Below, piece by piece: positions 12,701 to 24,579 of a stretch of DNA of 64,000 bases (position 1 is its first letter; each line of letters begins with the position of its first letter). Source of the stretch: Psammoneis japonica (lineage: Eukaryota); the NCBI GenBank assembly GCA_008632985.1, contig QPGO01000005.1, positions 186,001 through 250,000 of the forward strand, given 5' to 3'. Below the pieces are notes generated by a model that did not search any database, was not told the DNA's origin, and saw nothing but the letters and a program-made list of their open reading frames with translations. A program made the translations under genes and the position numbers.

Positions 12701-15700
12701 AGATGTGTGACAAAGAATGCTGTGACCTGGGCACAGCTTGCCATGCCTGACATGAGCAGCACTGGCATGAGAAGGGATGCGGGGCACTTGGGAGCAACAT
12801 GGCACCTTTTGTGTGGTTGGGTGGGTGTGGCCTTGCATGAGTCAAGCAGAGTGGACAAAAGCCAAACCTGTGGCAAGCAGTGATGGTCTTGCAGCCACCA
12901 TGGGGTTTTCATGAGCACAGCTGCAAGACTGCAAAGCTGAGTTGTTTTGGTGACTTTGCAGTGCAGTGCATTGTCCACACAGCAGCAACCACTTTGACTG
13001 CACCCAGACAGTGCAGAAAGTCCATCACTGCTTCCTGGGGTTGGAGTGGCATCTTGGCTTAGAAGCTGTCCCATTGGAACAACAACACACAACCCAATCC
13101 AATGTCACTGCAAAGATTTTAGAGTTGGTTGTGTCCCAAAATGAATTTTGATGAAGGGATTTGCCAACCATGGGACAAGAATTTAACTTCTTTGGGTCAC
13201 GTGGTCAGGATGACACAACACTTGGCTTCGTTTGTGAAAGGAATGGATGTTTTGGTGACCCAGGTGTCAGAAGTGATTTTCATGACTGTGCTTGATTCGC
13301 CCACCACTGCTGGAACATTTTTGCCCACAATCTGACTGGAACACTGGCACTTTGGCACATTTCCATTTCATTTTTTAAGGACTCACTTCAAATGCATGGA
13401 AAAGACTTCAATCACTTGAAGGCACCATTGAACAAAGACAAGCTGGGGGGCAATGCACCAGACTGCCAGACAGCTGTTGAACACTTCAAAGTGATGCCTT
13501 GCTTTTCCACATTTGAGTTCATGGGGCTGCTTTGCTTGACATGCTGCTGCAACTGAGTGGCCCTTGGTTTCACACGCAAGCCAAAACTTGTTGCAAACAT
13601 GTGCTGGACAATGCAGCAGAGGCAGCGGGCAAGTGTCACAGATTGGACTTTCTCCTTTTTGAGCATGCCAATGGGTGCTTTTCATGTCCAGCAGCATGGA
13701 TGTGGGAAGCAATGGCCAAAGGGGTGCAGTGTGACATTTTCTTTTCTGAATGTTGTTTGATCTGCAATGGCTGAATTCTTGTTTGGCAGGTGTTTCTCTT
13801 GACTCTTGGACATCTCCTTTTTTGGGTTTCATCCCATTTGTAAGCTGCAGATGTCTGAACCACACCTTGGACAACTGAGTCAAACATTGTGCCACAAACA
13901 GCACAACTGTGACTTGCATGGTGCTGTGTTCACCCAAACACGTGAATCAACAATGTTGCGCACTTCTCTCTGAAACTGCTGTTTCAAATTGATGTGTGCA
14001 GCAGCAACATGCATGGTCAACAGCTGTTCATTGAGTGCAGTGCAGACTTGCACAAGCTTCTTCTTTGCATCCTTTTCTGATCTACAACCCAGGCCTGAAA
14101 CTGAAAGTGAGTGGCAGCCCCACCAATGAGATGGCTGGGTGTGGCCCAATGATGATGCCAAGATGACACCGTTTGTGCCACCTGGCAGCAATGCACAAGA
14201 CACACAAAATTTGTCTGTCAAGAAGATGCTGCAGACCTGCTGGTTTAACATCTCATAAATTCAGCAATGCAATGATCAACAGAATGAATGGTCAGCACAG
14301 AGAGGACCTCCTTGGCTGGACCAAGAGTTGCCGTGTGAAAGCAGGAGTGCATGGGTTGAAGGATAGATGACACACAAGATGAGCAAAACAAGGCCAGCCC
14401 AAGGGATCCCTTGCTGTCTGATGGGTTGGGAGACACCATGGAACTGTCAAGACATCTCCAAGGAGATGCCAATGATGATGAAAATTGAAAACCTTCCACT
14501 CCCAATCCTGTCTTTGCAAAGTGAAAGGAAGCCAATTGCTTGACACTGACAATCCCAAGCCTGGCCCCACATCCCAACTGCTTCACCTGGCTGCTGGTGA
14601 GACAACTGTTTTCATTGTGGCAACACCGTGAGTCCACATGCCATCATGCTTGTCACACATGTGCCAGACCATCTCCACGCATTGCTTCAACTGTGCCATG
14701 GGATCCATGGGATTCTTTGTTTGTGCTCCCAGCAATGCCCAAGAATGAAACATGCAACTCAACTCACTCAAGTCTTCACGCATGTCACATCTGTCATTCA
14801 CACCAATGATGATTGCACTGTCTGCATTGTGCAAATCCAAAATGCCCCTCCTTTTCCTTTGGCTCTCTGGCCCCACCTGACGGCAATGTTGGCAACCAAA
14901 ACCCTTCAATCACAAAGCAAGATGAGCAATTGCCCAGATGCTGCATGCACAAATGAGTCCATTGAGGAGAAAGGAACTTTCCAGGAAAACATGGGACAAG
15001 GAAATGAGTTGGAGGAGAAGCAGAAACAGCTGGACCTGGAGCTGGATGGCAGCAGTGCAAATGTCAAAAAAAAAAGGGTTTGGAAGCACAGTGCAAACAC
15101 TGACATTGAAAGAAAGGAACAGGAAACTCTGGAAGTGTCAATTGACAATGTCTGCATCACCTGCCACACAAGTGATCACATTCATTCCAGCCATGTCAAC
15201 CTGCATGCCACATGTGCTGCTTGCTTCACAGGACATCTTGGCATGGAAATGGCACCAGAGACCAGAGGGGGAACATTCAAAGGTGTTTGACAAAACATGA
15301 ACAATGATGTTCCCCCCAGCGGAGCCTTGCTGTGTCTGAAGTTTGTCATTGGAGAATGTTCAATTGCAGCCATGCTGCCAAGTTGCACCATTTTGCCCCA
15401 TGCAGCAAGTGCACTTTCACTGTCATCAACTGAAACACCAGCTGAACTTGCAACAAGAGCTGGGTGATGGATGGGGTCATGGCAAAGATGAGGAGGATGT
15501 CAATGTGCAATGCACTGCTGCCATTGTTGAAGGCATTCAAACTTGCGCCACACACTGGAGCATGATGAGGTGGCAAACTGTCCCTGATGTGGTGCACCTG
15601 GCATCAAGAATGATGCATGTGTGCACATGAAGTGCCGTTTGTGTGCCACCAGTTGGCGCCACTGTTGTGGAAGACATCAGACAAATTGAGGAGGGTGCAA

Positions 15701-17370
15701 CTCCATTTCTCCACTCTTGGAGCAACAACCCAAAACTGGGGAATTTTGGTCTTCAAGGAGATTTGCCAGCTCAGGGTGCCCTTCACAATTTCATTCTCAA
15801 TGAAAAGACAACTTTGTTCAAAATTTTAAAGATTCAAGGACCCCGCATCAGTGGCAAGAAATTGCAGCTGCGCCCATGCCAAAATTCTGACCAATGTTCC
15901 AACCCCTGGACAATGAGCCATGCATGGAAGGAATTGGAAAGCCCCATTTGGCCACCCCCCATCCAGTGAAAAAGACCTGCCATGGGCTCATTGTCCCTGT
16001 CCTGATGCACCAAAAGAGCTGGAAGACCTTGACGCTGCAAACGAGGAAGCAGCTCTGACACCTGTTCCCAAAGCCATTGCACCAGCCACATGGTCTGACA
16101 TCTTTTCTTCTGCAGGAGGCAAACGGTGGCTGTTTCTCACTTTCACACTTCTGACCCCACTTGACACCATCACCTGAACAAGCCATGTGCGCTGGCACAA
16201 AAATCGTGCAGATCTGGGGCTTTTCCAGCTGCTGGCTGGGATGTCTGCATTGCGTCCTGAGTTGCTGAGTGAGAAGGGGCTGCTTTGTGAGTGAGGCAGC
16301 AACATGGCTTGTTCTCTGCACTGGTCAAACCACATCTTGAATGATGGGCTCTTCCTTTGCATGCTTTTCCATGCTTTTGTTGATGAAAACACTCGGTCTG
16401 CAAGTTGGGTTCCTTGCACCACTTTTCATTCATCAAAATGTGCATTTCTCTCAGCAACTTTGACCGACAGATCTCTCTTCATGTTTTTGAGCAAGCAACT
16501 CCATTGGCCTCCACTCATTTGGCACTGCAGGCTTTGAATTTGTCCTGCCACTGCTTTGCATCTTGCCTTTTCAAATCGCAACATCTTTTTGCTGCACCAA
16601 CTTGCAGAGCACTGCTTCTGTGTCAGGTGCAGTTAGAAAGCAAGAGCATTCGCTCTCTCTGTGCTCTCCCTGTGCACCTCATCCCCAATGCTGTGTTGTC
16701 TTGAGGCACGCTTGCCAGCAACGCCAGCACAGCTTGAACATGAGTCACCACAGATGAGCTTCTTTTCTGGCCTTTTTTTTTTCACAGGGCTCTCAATTTC
16801 ATCCACATGCAGTTTCTTTTCTCTTGTGCTGTTTGACAAATCAGATGGTTCAGCACAAAAAGATCTGCACTCTCATGTCTCGCAGCTCTGAGCAGGAGAT
16901 CATGTTTCTGACACAACAACTTTGGGGTCTTCAAGTTTCCTTGCCTCTGGTCTCACATCCACCAGCTTTGGCAGAGCATGTTGCAATGTGAGTTTCAGCA
17001 ACCCAGCAACCTGCGCTTTTGTGTGTTTTGCCAATGCAACAGACACAGGGAGGCTGCCAATGTTTTGTTTTGTGGAAGGTGACTCAGATGACATTGTGGC
17101 TTTTTGTTGTTGCCGTCATTGAGTTGCTTGTTGTCACTCTGTGGACCAACACTTTCTTCACTTGTGTCTTCCTCTTGTGGTCACAATCATTTCCACTGAG
17201 GACTGTGAGTCTCAGTTGCTGCAACCCACTCCCTTGGCCTGGGAGCGGAGCTGGGAAGGTCATCTTCTGAAAGAGTGTCCTCGAACATCTCTTTTGCTGG
17301 GGCTCTGAGCTTGACTTTTCAACACGCACGACACAGCACGGGCTGGAAGTTTTTGCAGCTTGAACAAGTG
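6780..17370. other. ~10.6 kb decayed multi-gene/repeat block, extremely TpA- and CpG-depleted, origin unidentified
   Basis: Only about two dozen TpA seen by eye in >10 kb, with excess TG/CA. Six-frame ORFs are nearly Tyr-free and Cys/His/Gln/Trp-rich. Internal paralogy: ~8030-8620 with ~16420-16980 and ~9340-9640 with ~16985-17290. Confidence 0.8.
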
Positions 17371-17371
17371 G

Positions 17372-18222
17372 CACCGAAAAACTCAAAAACTGACATCATG
17401 ACGGGTGGGGTAAAGTAGATTTTGGCCATTTTATGAAAAAAAATGAAGTAGATTTTTTACTGAAGTCTTCTGGATTTCTACAGGTAAACTTAGTACAGTC
17501 TGCACGTCACCCCCAAAGGTGGAAAAAGCACGAAGAACCTGTTCTGCATAGAGTCTTATTCGCACGATATCGCGCATGACCAACCCAGATTTTCTTGCAG
17601 TGGGAGCTCGTTTTTCTGACTATTAAGTAGTTGTCAGGTAAGTAGAAGTAGATTAAGGATGGATCTACGTGCTGCGGTCTAATTTAAAATAGCTCGTATT
17701 TCCCGCACTTCACTGTGTTATTTTGACCTGCCTCGGAACACCCCCGAACACTTATGCGTTCGTCAAACCCTCATAGGGGCTGTTAGACGGCTATAAGAGC
17801 TGCACATTTAGCGCTTCAAAGGCCACTTATCGACCTATGCCCTGTTGTAAGGTCGAAAAAACCGCTAATTTTCGCTAAAATCGGGCTTCTTATGGGAGAT
17901 TAGCGGTAACTTTCTGGGAAATGCCGATAAGTAGTGGCATTTGACTGGCTATAGACATATCTACAGTCGTTAAGGTAAAAGTCGCGCATGGTCATACCTG
18001 TCTTTTAAGCATTCTAGGGTGTCTGGCGAACGGACAAAGTTCGACCGATCGCTGAAATTTTTTTTGCGAACGCGCGCGCATTTACTACGATGCATCCGGG
18101 TTATTTTTATAAAAATTACGAGCTCCCAAAAAACAGACCGCAGCACGTAGATCCATCCTTAAGTAGATTTCGAGCTATTTAGCAAAAAAACGTCATGATG
18201 TCGGAAGTTGAGTTTTTCGGTG
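17372..18222. repeat. 32-bp imperfect inverted repeat pair enclosing the MITE
   Basis: 17372-17403 CACCGAAAAACTCAAAAACTGACATCATGACG versus the reverse complement of 18191-18222 CACCGAAAAACTCAACTTCCGACATCATGACG (28/32 identical); no flanking TSD found. Confidence 0.8.
17655..18160. mobile_element. 506-bp non-autonomous DNA transposon (MITE), Mutator-like by TSD length
   Basis: Perfect 26-bp TIR AAGGATGGATCTACGTGCTGCGGTCT (17655-17680 / 18135-18160), extended imperfectly by AGCTCGTA. Exact 9-bp TSD AAGTAGATT (17646-17654, 18161-18169). No ORF. Confidence 0.92.
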
Positions 18223-18300
18223 ACTTGGCTTGAAGTAAAAGCTCTTCACGCGGACGGAGTTTGTTGTGAACGAACGAATGTCACGATTTGACGATGGACG

Positions 18301-18887
18301 ATGGGCACCCTTTGCACAAAGCCGGAGCAGCCAGAGGCCCTTCCACCCGTCTCCCCCCCATGGAGTAATGAAAAGTTTCTTCCAGCACAGACTTGGATCA
18401 AAATTGAGGGATTTTGTTTCAAGCTTCCCAGCAATCCATTCCAGAGGCAAAAGGGCGGAACGATTGTCGATCTCACGGCTCGCCAAAACATTTTTTGTAC
18501 CATTAAAGGTGATGCACGAGGGAGCAAATTGCATTTTTTGAATAATGGAAAAGGATTCATAACGGTGGAAAGAGCAATGATGATTACAGTATCTACACAT
18601 ATCAATGCAGCCATGACGGACAAAAGCATGTTCAAGCTCCGACGGGTTTACACGGCATGACACTCTTCCGATTTGGAACCATGGACAAAACAAAAGCAGG
18701 CGTGTATGAATACATCAAGTACCGTGATAATGACAGTGTGTCTATTTGTACAGTAATTTTTAAAACGGTAAGGTTGTCTTTACGGACGACAGTCAAAGGG
18801 TGGTGGCCAAGGCGACGCAAAAGAAATCCAACAATGTGCCAGCCATCTTTCTTCAGACAGCCGAAAACATTGACAAGCTTGCCATGA
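18301..18887 (+). CDS. Hypothetical protein (two abutting ORFs, possibly one frameshifted gene)
   Basis: ORFs 18301..18660 and 18657..18887 with normal composition; no recognised domain. Confidence 0.3.
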
Positions 18888-19390
18888 TTATACTCACAAC
18901 TTGTGCGTCAGATGCTTACTTTTCGTGAGTCATCAAAGAATGTTGCAAGAAAATTAGCGAAAACCGCGTGGCTTGTGACGAGACGTACTCAACACATGCT
19001 TCGAGAGATGATACAATAGCAAGTGCGCATGGTGCGGACCATACGTACGGCTTGGTGTCCATTGGTGTGCGTAATACAGTACGACGTCATGCTAACTCTC
19101 GGCAGCGTGGGAGAGAAGTGTCATTCGGGAATTATCATGCCTGCACCATCGTTCAACAAGTAGAAGCATCACTAACATCTTTGGCAAGAACTGTTGACCA
19201 ACTGACGCTGTTGTGCTTACATTCAGTGAAAATCGATTGCATTGTTTCTTGAACAAAATCGGCAGGCGTCTATTTTAAAGTTGTTGAAGTCTCTTCCTCT
19301 GATACCTATTCTACCGCAGCAACGCAAGATGAACTGGCCAGCTTGATAGCTACGTTGAATGAAACTTCCGTTGAGTCGGAGATGAAATAT

Positions 19391-22300
19391 TCAGTTCCCT
19401 TTCACAAGTACTTTGGAGATGCAATAATCTCTTCCTTCGTCGCCCTCGCCGGAACATCCGGGCACTGCTTCGTTGGCGCTGCGCTTAAAACAAATCAAGG
19501 ATTTGCCACAATCCGTGTCCACATCGCAGTCACCTTGACACTTCTCCAGTCGAGCTGGCGGGTCCTCAAAAGTAACTAGCTTTGGCTTGGTGGGGATCAT
19601 TGGTTGAGGAGCGGAGTTGGAGTCGGGTTTGGAGTCTCGAGGGCGCTACCATCATCCAGAATGCAGTAGTCCTTCTTGTCTTTTGCCACGCCCAGACAGC
19701 CAGGCACCGTCTCGTTGGACTTGCGACCCATACAGACTAAGCCGTCCTGGCAATCCCTATCGTAATCGCAGTCACCAACACAGAGGCCTAAAGGAAACTC
19801 TCTCCCAGACTTTACAAGTCTCATGTACGGGAGAGCAGGTCCAGTCGGAGATGCCGTCGTCGGCATCGGTGTTGGAATTACAGTTGGCTCTGGAGTAGGA
19901 TTTGAAGTTCGAGACGCCGTCGGTGTCGGTGTTGGCATTGCAGATGGCTTTGCAGTAGGAATTGAAGTTGGTTTCGACGTAGGATTAGAAGTTGAAGGAC
20001 TTGACGGCGCAGCGTCAATAGAACGTGCCGTACAATAGGATTGGCCCCGAAAGCCGCTGCCTTCACAAAAGGGAACTTCTTCGAATGCTTCGCGCCGGAA
20101 GCAGTACAAGGCACCGAAGCAATCATCGTTGCTTCTGCATAGGCCCTCACACATACCCAACGAGTTTGGGTCATGTGGCGGGATACCAATCAACGTTAAG
20201 TATTTGTCGGGAGGATAATAGTTCACAGGATTCTTTGTCGGACTCGAAGTTTTAGCTGCTGTTGGAACTGGAGTCGGGTTTGGGTTCGATGGTGTTGAAC
20301 GACGAATACAATAGTTCTTGTTGACCTTTCCACGTCCACTACACTGTGGCACTTCATCATAGCCGCTGCGGCGATAACAGAACAGGTGACTGTGGCAGTC
20401 TTCGTCCCTCACGCAGTGACCTTCGCAGAGACCGAGGGAATTTGGCGGCTGGGGTGGGTAACGAGTAATCGTCAGTTCCTTCTTTCCTACTGGTGAATTC
20501 GTTGGTGGAGAAGTTGGTCTCGCGGTAGGACTTGAAGACATTGGCTGAGCAGTTGGTGTGCGATTTGGTGGTATTTCATTCGCTTCGTAGCAGTAGCTCC
20601 GTCCTTTTCTTCCTTTGCCCTTACAGCCAGGTACCTGAAGAAATTCAAAAGAAATGGCGTCAGAGAAACCAAACGCACGTTCAACATTGAGATTTCAAAG
20701 GACATACCTCTTCGAACGCATTCCTTCTCATGCATTTTAGCCCTGGCTTACAGCTTGAGCTATTCATGCACTGGCCTTGACAGGCGTCTAGGAGTGTCAC
20801 CGGCTTGAAATTTACCCACTCGAGTTTCTTTGTGATTGGTTTAGTTGGTCGCGCAGCTTTGGTAGGCGAGGGTGTTGGAGCCATGGTTGGTTCGACCGTT
20901 GGTGAACTAGTTGGTGGACTGGTTAGTGTTTCTCTGAATATTTCAGAATAGCAGTAGCTCCTTCCTTTTCTTCCTACACCCTTGCAGCCAGGTACCTTAA
21001 GTTATACAAAAGAAATAGCGTCAGAGATACCAGATGCACATTTAACATACCATAGAGAGATTTCAAAGGACATACCTCTTCGAACGCATCCCTTCTCATA
21101 CACTTGAGCCCTGGCTTACAGCTTGAGCTATCCATGCACTGGCCTTGACAGGCGTCTAGGAGTGTCATCGGCTTGAAATTTACCCACTCGAGCTTCTTTG
21201 TGACTGGTTTAGTCGGTCGCGCAGCCTTGGTAGGAGAAAATGTGGGAGCCATGGTTGGTTCGACCGTTGGTGAACTAGTTGGTGGACTGGTTGATGGACT
21301 GGTTGGTGTTTCTCCAAAGACTTCAGAATAACAGTAGCTCCTTCCCTTTCTCCCTATACCCTTGCAGCCAGGTACCTTAAGTTGTACAAAAGCAATAGTT
21401 AAGAGAACCACACTCAGCCTCATCATACGGTAAAGACTTCAAATGGACGTACCTCTTCGAATGCATTCCTTCTCATGCATTTGAGCCCTGGCTTACAGCT
21501 TGAGCTATCCATGCACTGGCCTTGACAGGCGTCTAGGCGTATCACTGGCTTGAAGTTTACCCACTCGAGCTTCTTCTTTGTGATTTGCTTAGTTGGTGGA
21601 CCAGCATCAGTGGGAGAAAGTGTTGGAGACTTGGTTGGTTCATCAGTTGGTGTACTTGTCTGCGTTTCTCCCATGACTTCAAAATAGCAGTAGCTCCTTC
21701 CTTTTCTTCCTTTGCCCCTGCATCCAGGTACCTAAGGAATTCAAAACCGCAATAAATGTAAGAGATACCACAAGAAAGCTCAACATTGGTAGCAGACTTC
21801 ACGTCACCTACCTCTTCGAACCCCTTCCTTTTCATGCATTTGAGACCGCGTTTGCAGTTAGTATCATTGCAATGGCCTTGACAGGCTTCTAATACTGTCG
21901 ATGGCCCAACGTCTATCCACTCGAGACGCTTTTTGATTGATTTAGTTGGTGGAGTTTGATTTTTAGGTGGCAATGTTGGTGCCGGTGTTGGCTCAACAGT
22001 TGGTGAGCTCGTCGGTGGACTGGTCGACAGTTCTCCAAAGGCTTCAGAATAGCAGTAGCTCCTTCCCGTTTTCCCTTTGCCTTTGCAGCCAGGCACCTGC
22101 AGGTATTCAACATTGTCAGAGATGCCATACGACCAGCGCAACAACTGTGCAGAATGGGGGACGTACCTCTTCTTGCGCAGTCCTACTCATGCACTTCAAG
22201 CCTGGCATACAGTTCGCGTCATCATCCCCGCAATTTCCTTCGCACACGCCCAGCAAGGTTGTCGGTTTTACGCCCTTCCACACTATCCGATTCTTTGGAA

Positions 22301-23726
22301 GATGTTTAGACTGGATAGGTGGTTGAGTCATGGTCGGCAGAGTCACATTCCATGTTTTCTCTTCGATAAATGGACAATCAGGAACATCGTTTGAAGTGGC
22401 ACCCGGTGTGTAGTCTCCTCCTCGTCTATCTGTTGAGAATATGTATTCATTCGTAGCGGGGTTACGGAGGATACTGACCAGAATGGGATTCGCGAAACCA
22501 CCTTCGTCGACCACTTTGGAAAGAAAGAGAATAGATCATTAGAATGTGATTTCACAATGAAAAGCTGCCAACACAACCAACTTACTCAAGTCCATATAAT
22601 TTAGATCAGGAACTGGATACCTCACACAGTAGTCGTGACCGTCGCCGTGAAGATACATGACTGGAAGATCCTTGTACCTGCTACGCAACAACGCGAAAAA
22701 GTCATCCGCGAAATATTTGAAATGAAAATCTCGCTTCAGCACAGCATGACTCATTACAACGACAGCTTTCATGCCTTTTCTGGAATAGGTGCTCATTTGG
22801 TCCCTGATCCACTCGAAATTCTGAACGAAGTGAAGGCAAGCTCATTATTTAGATCCTCAAACTCAGAAAGATCGAAACACGATAAAAATGGCATGTAAGA
22901 CTATCCCTACCTGAACAAGGCGAGTCGACTCATCACCCCTGACGATGTAAAAGATGCAGTTTGCACCAAAACCTGATTAGACTTGAACTACTACAACACT
23001 CGTATTCTGAATTAAAGCAAAACGTACCTCTCACGACCCCCCACCATGTTTATTCCAACAAACAAAACAGTGTCTCTAAAAAATGCAAAATTTTCCGGCC
23101 TACTTGATTGTCTGAGCACATTGACGTCATCTCGAGACGATGAACCAAACCCGTGAATGCTGTTGGAGCCAAGAAAGCCACAAAGGACGTCAAGAAGTCG
23201 ATGAGTACAAAGTGATTAAGCAATTACCTTGATTGCCATCGAACGAATCTACGTAGTGTCAAAAACACTCACCTATTTGGACCAAAGTACTTCATCCACA
23301 ATGGCCAAGCTTCTTCCGGCTTATGGCAATCAACCCATTCGTTGTCACCGACAACGAAGAACAAATCGCGGGAATCATAGTTTTTCGCATTGTCTGGATG
23401 CGTGAAGATATCCGAGACGTCTGAGTACAATCGTTCATCGCAAGGAATTTTCGGTCCGGAATCTTTAATGTCTCCTACATGTATTGCAAATTGAGCGCCA
23501 TCTGGAGTAGATAGGTCAATGTTTCTTGTTTGATAATTCAAACAATATCTATCATGGAGTTTATATGGAGTGTCACCCAAGCAATAAAACTAATCACATT
23601 TTCAGGGACAACATTGGGATCGTCGAATTGAGGCAGCGGTTGTGTTGTGCGACATACGCTTGTAACATCTTGCACTTGGTACACCGCCACAAGGATTGCA
23701 CAAGTCGACGCTAGCGATAGCCTCAT
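19391..23726 (-). CDS. Secreted calcineurin-like metallophosphoesterase fused to nine frustulin-type Cys-rich repeats with Pro/Thr linkers (multi-exon)
   Basis: Signal MRLSLASTCAILVAV. Phosphoesterase motifs GDTPY, HVGDIK, GDNEW, VMSH, YLHGDGH. Then repeats of L..C(E/Q)G.C....C..GL.C..R...E.VP.C.G.G.....YC, ending CQGDCDVDTDC...VPGCSGEGDEGRDYC. GT-AG introns. Confidence 0.85.
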
Positions 23727-24484
23727 GATGGTTTTACTTTCGGCTTTCGTCGACGTGCGAGAAAAAAGATTGAGGCGTTTTTTTTTGGGGGTGCTCGACA
23801 TGAGGGGAGGGCCAGGCAAAACAATTTGTGAGTTGGATTTGCGTTCGCTTCCTTCTTATGTCGCCTCTCTCACGGCATTGAAAAACGTTAAGTAAAATTC
23901 GGATGGACAAAAGTGTTCCAATATTAATTTTATTCGTGATTTAATACAATATTTGTTGAGTGCTTTAGCTAATACTGCAAACGAGACCTTCCGACGATCA
24001 AATATTATCTAATCTACACAAAGGCTTAGGTAAGCTGTGGTATGACTGTTATCGGGAGCTGAGGTGGTGAACGAAGCGAACGAAGCGAAGACCTCTAGGG
24101 CCCTACAGACAGTACCCGACGGCTGGTTGATGATTCTACCGTACATTAGTCTCTACTCTCTAGAGTAGCTAGAGTAGTAGCTACGACCTCTCTCTAGGTA
24201 GAGTAGAGTAGAGTAGTGGAGGGCGAGAGGGCCCTATTATTTTGTCACCTCAGCTAGCTAGAGAGTAGAGAGTCGTACGGTATATGTACAGTACTCGCTC
24301 CCTTGGCTCTAGAGAATAGATGATACGCCTAGCAGAGAGATCTTAGCGTTCGTTTGTGGGAGAGGGAGTGAGCATATTGCAGTGCGACAATACTTTTTGG
24401 GTATATCTCACTACTGTACTACTGTAGTATAGAGGAAGAGAAAGAAGGGAAGGAGTGTCGCAATTGGCCGTGAGCCCTGCACCC

Positions 24485-24508
24485 CAGGGACATATATTTA
24501 TGTCCCTG
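24485..24508. repeat. 24-bp palindrome with 8-bp near-direct flanks (possible minimal hAT-like remnant)
   Basis: CAGGGACATA-TATT-TATGTCCCTG flanked by CTGCACCC (24477-24484) and CAGCACCC (24509-24516). Confidence 0.55.
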
Positions 24509-24579
24509 CAGCACCCTGCATCGACGACGAATAGTATGGATACTCGTCATAAGCACTCTCCATCTAGCTACTAGTCTCT

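Noticed and set aside
6780..17370. Ordinary 5mC deamination or classical RIP as the sole explanation
   Set aside because: CpG decay explains only the CpG loss, and RIP would increase TpA; the retrotransposon lost TpA while keeping CpG.
3153..17386. Dense overlapping six-frame ORFs rich in Cys/His/Trp/Gln, suggesting novel Cys-rich proteins or an altered genetic code
   Set aside because: A by-product of losing TAA, TAG and TAY codons; neighbouring genes use Tyr and all stops normally.
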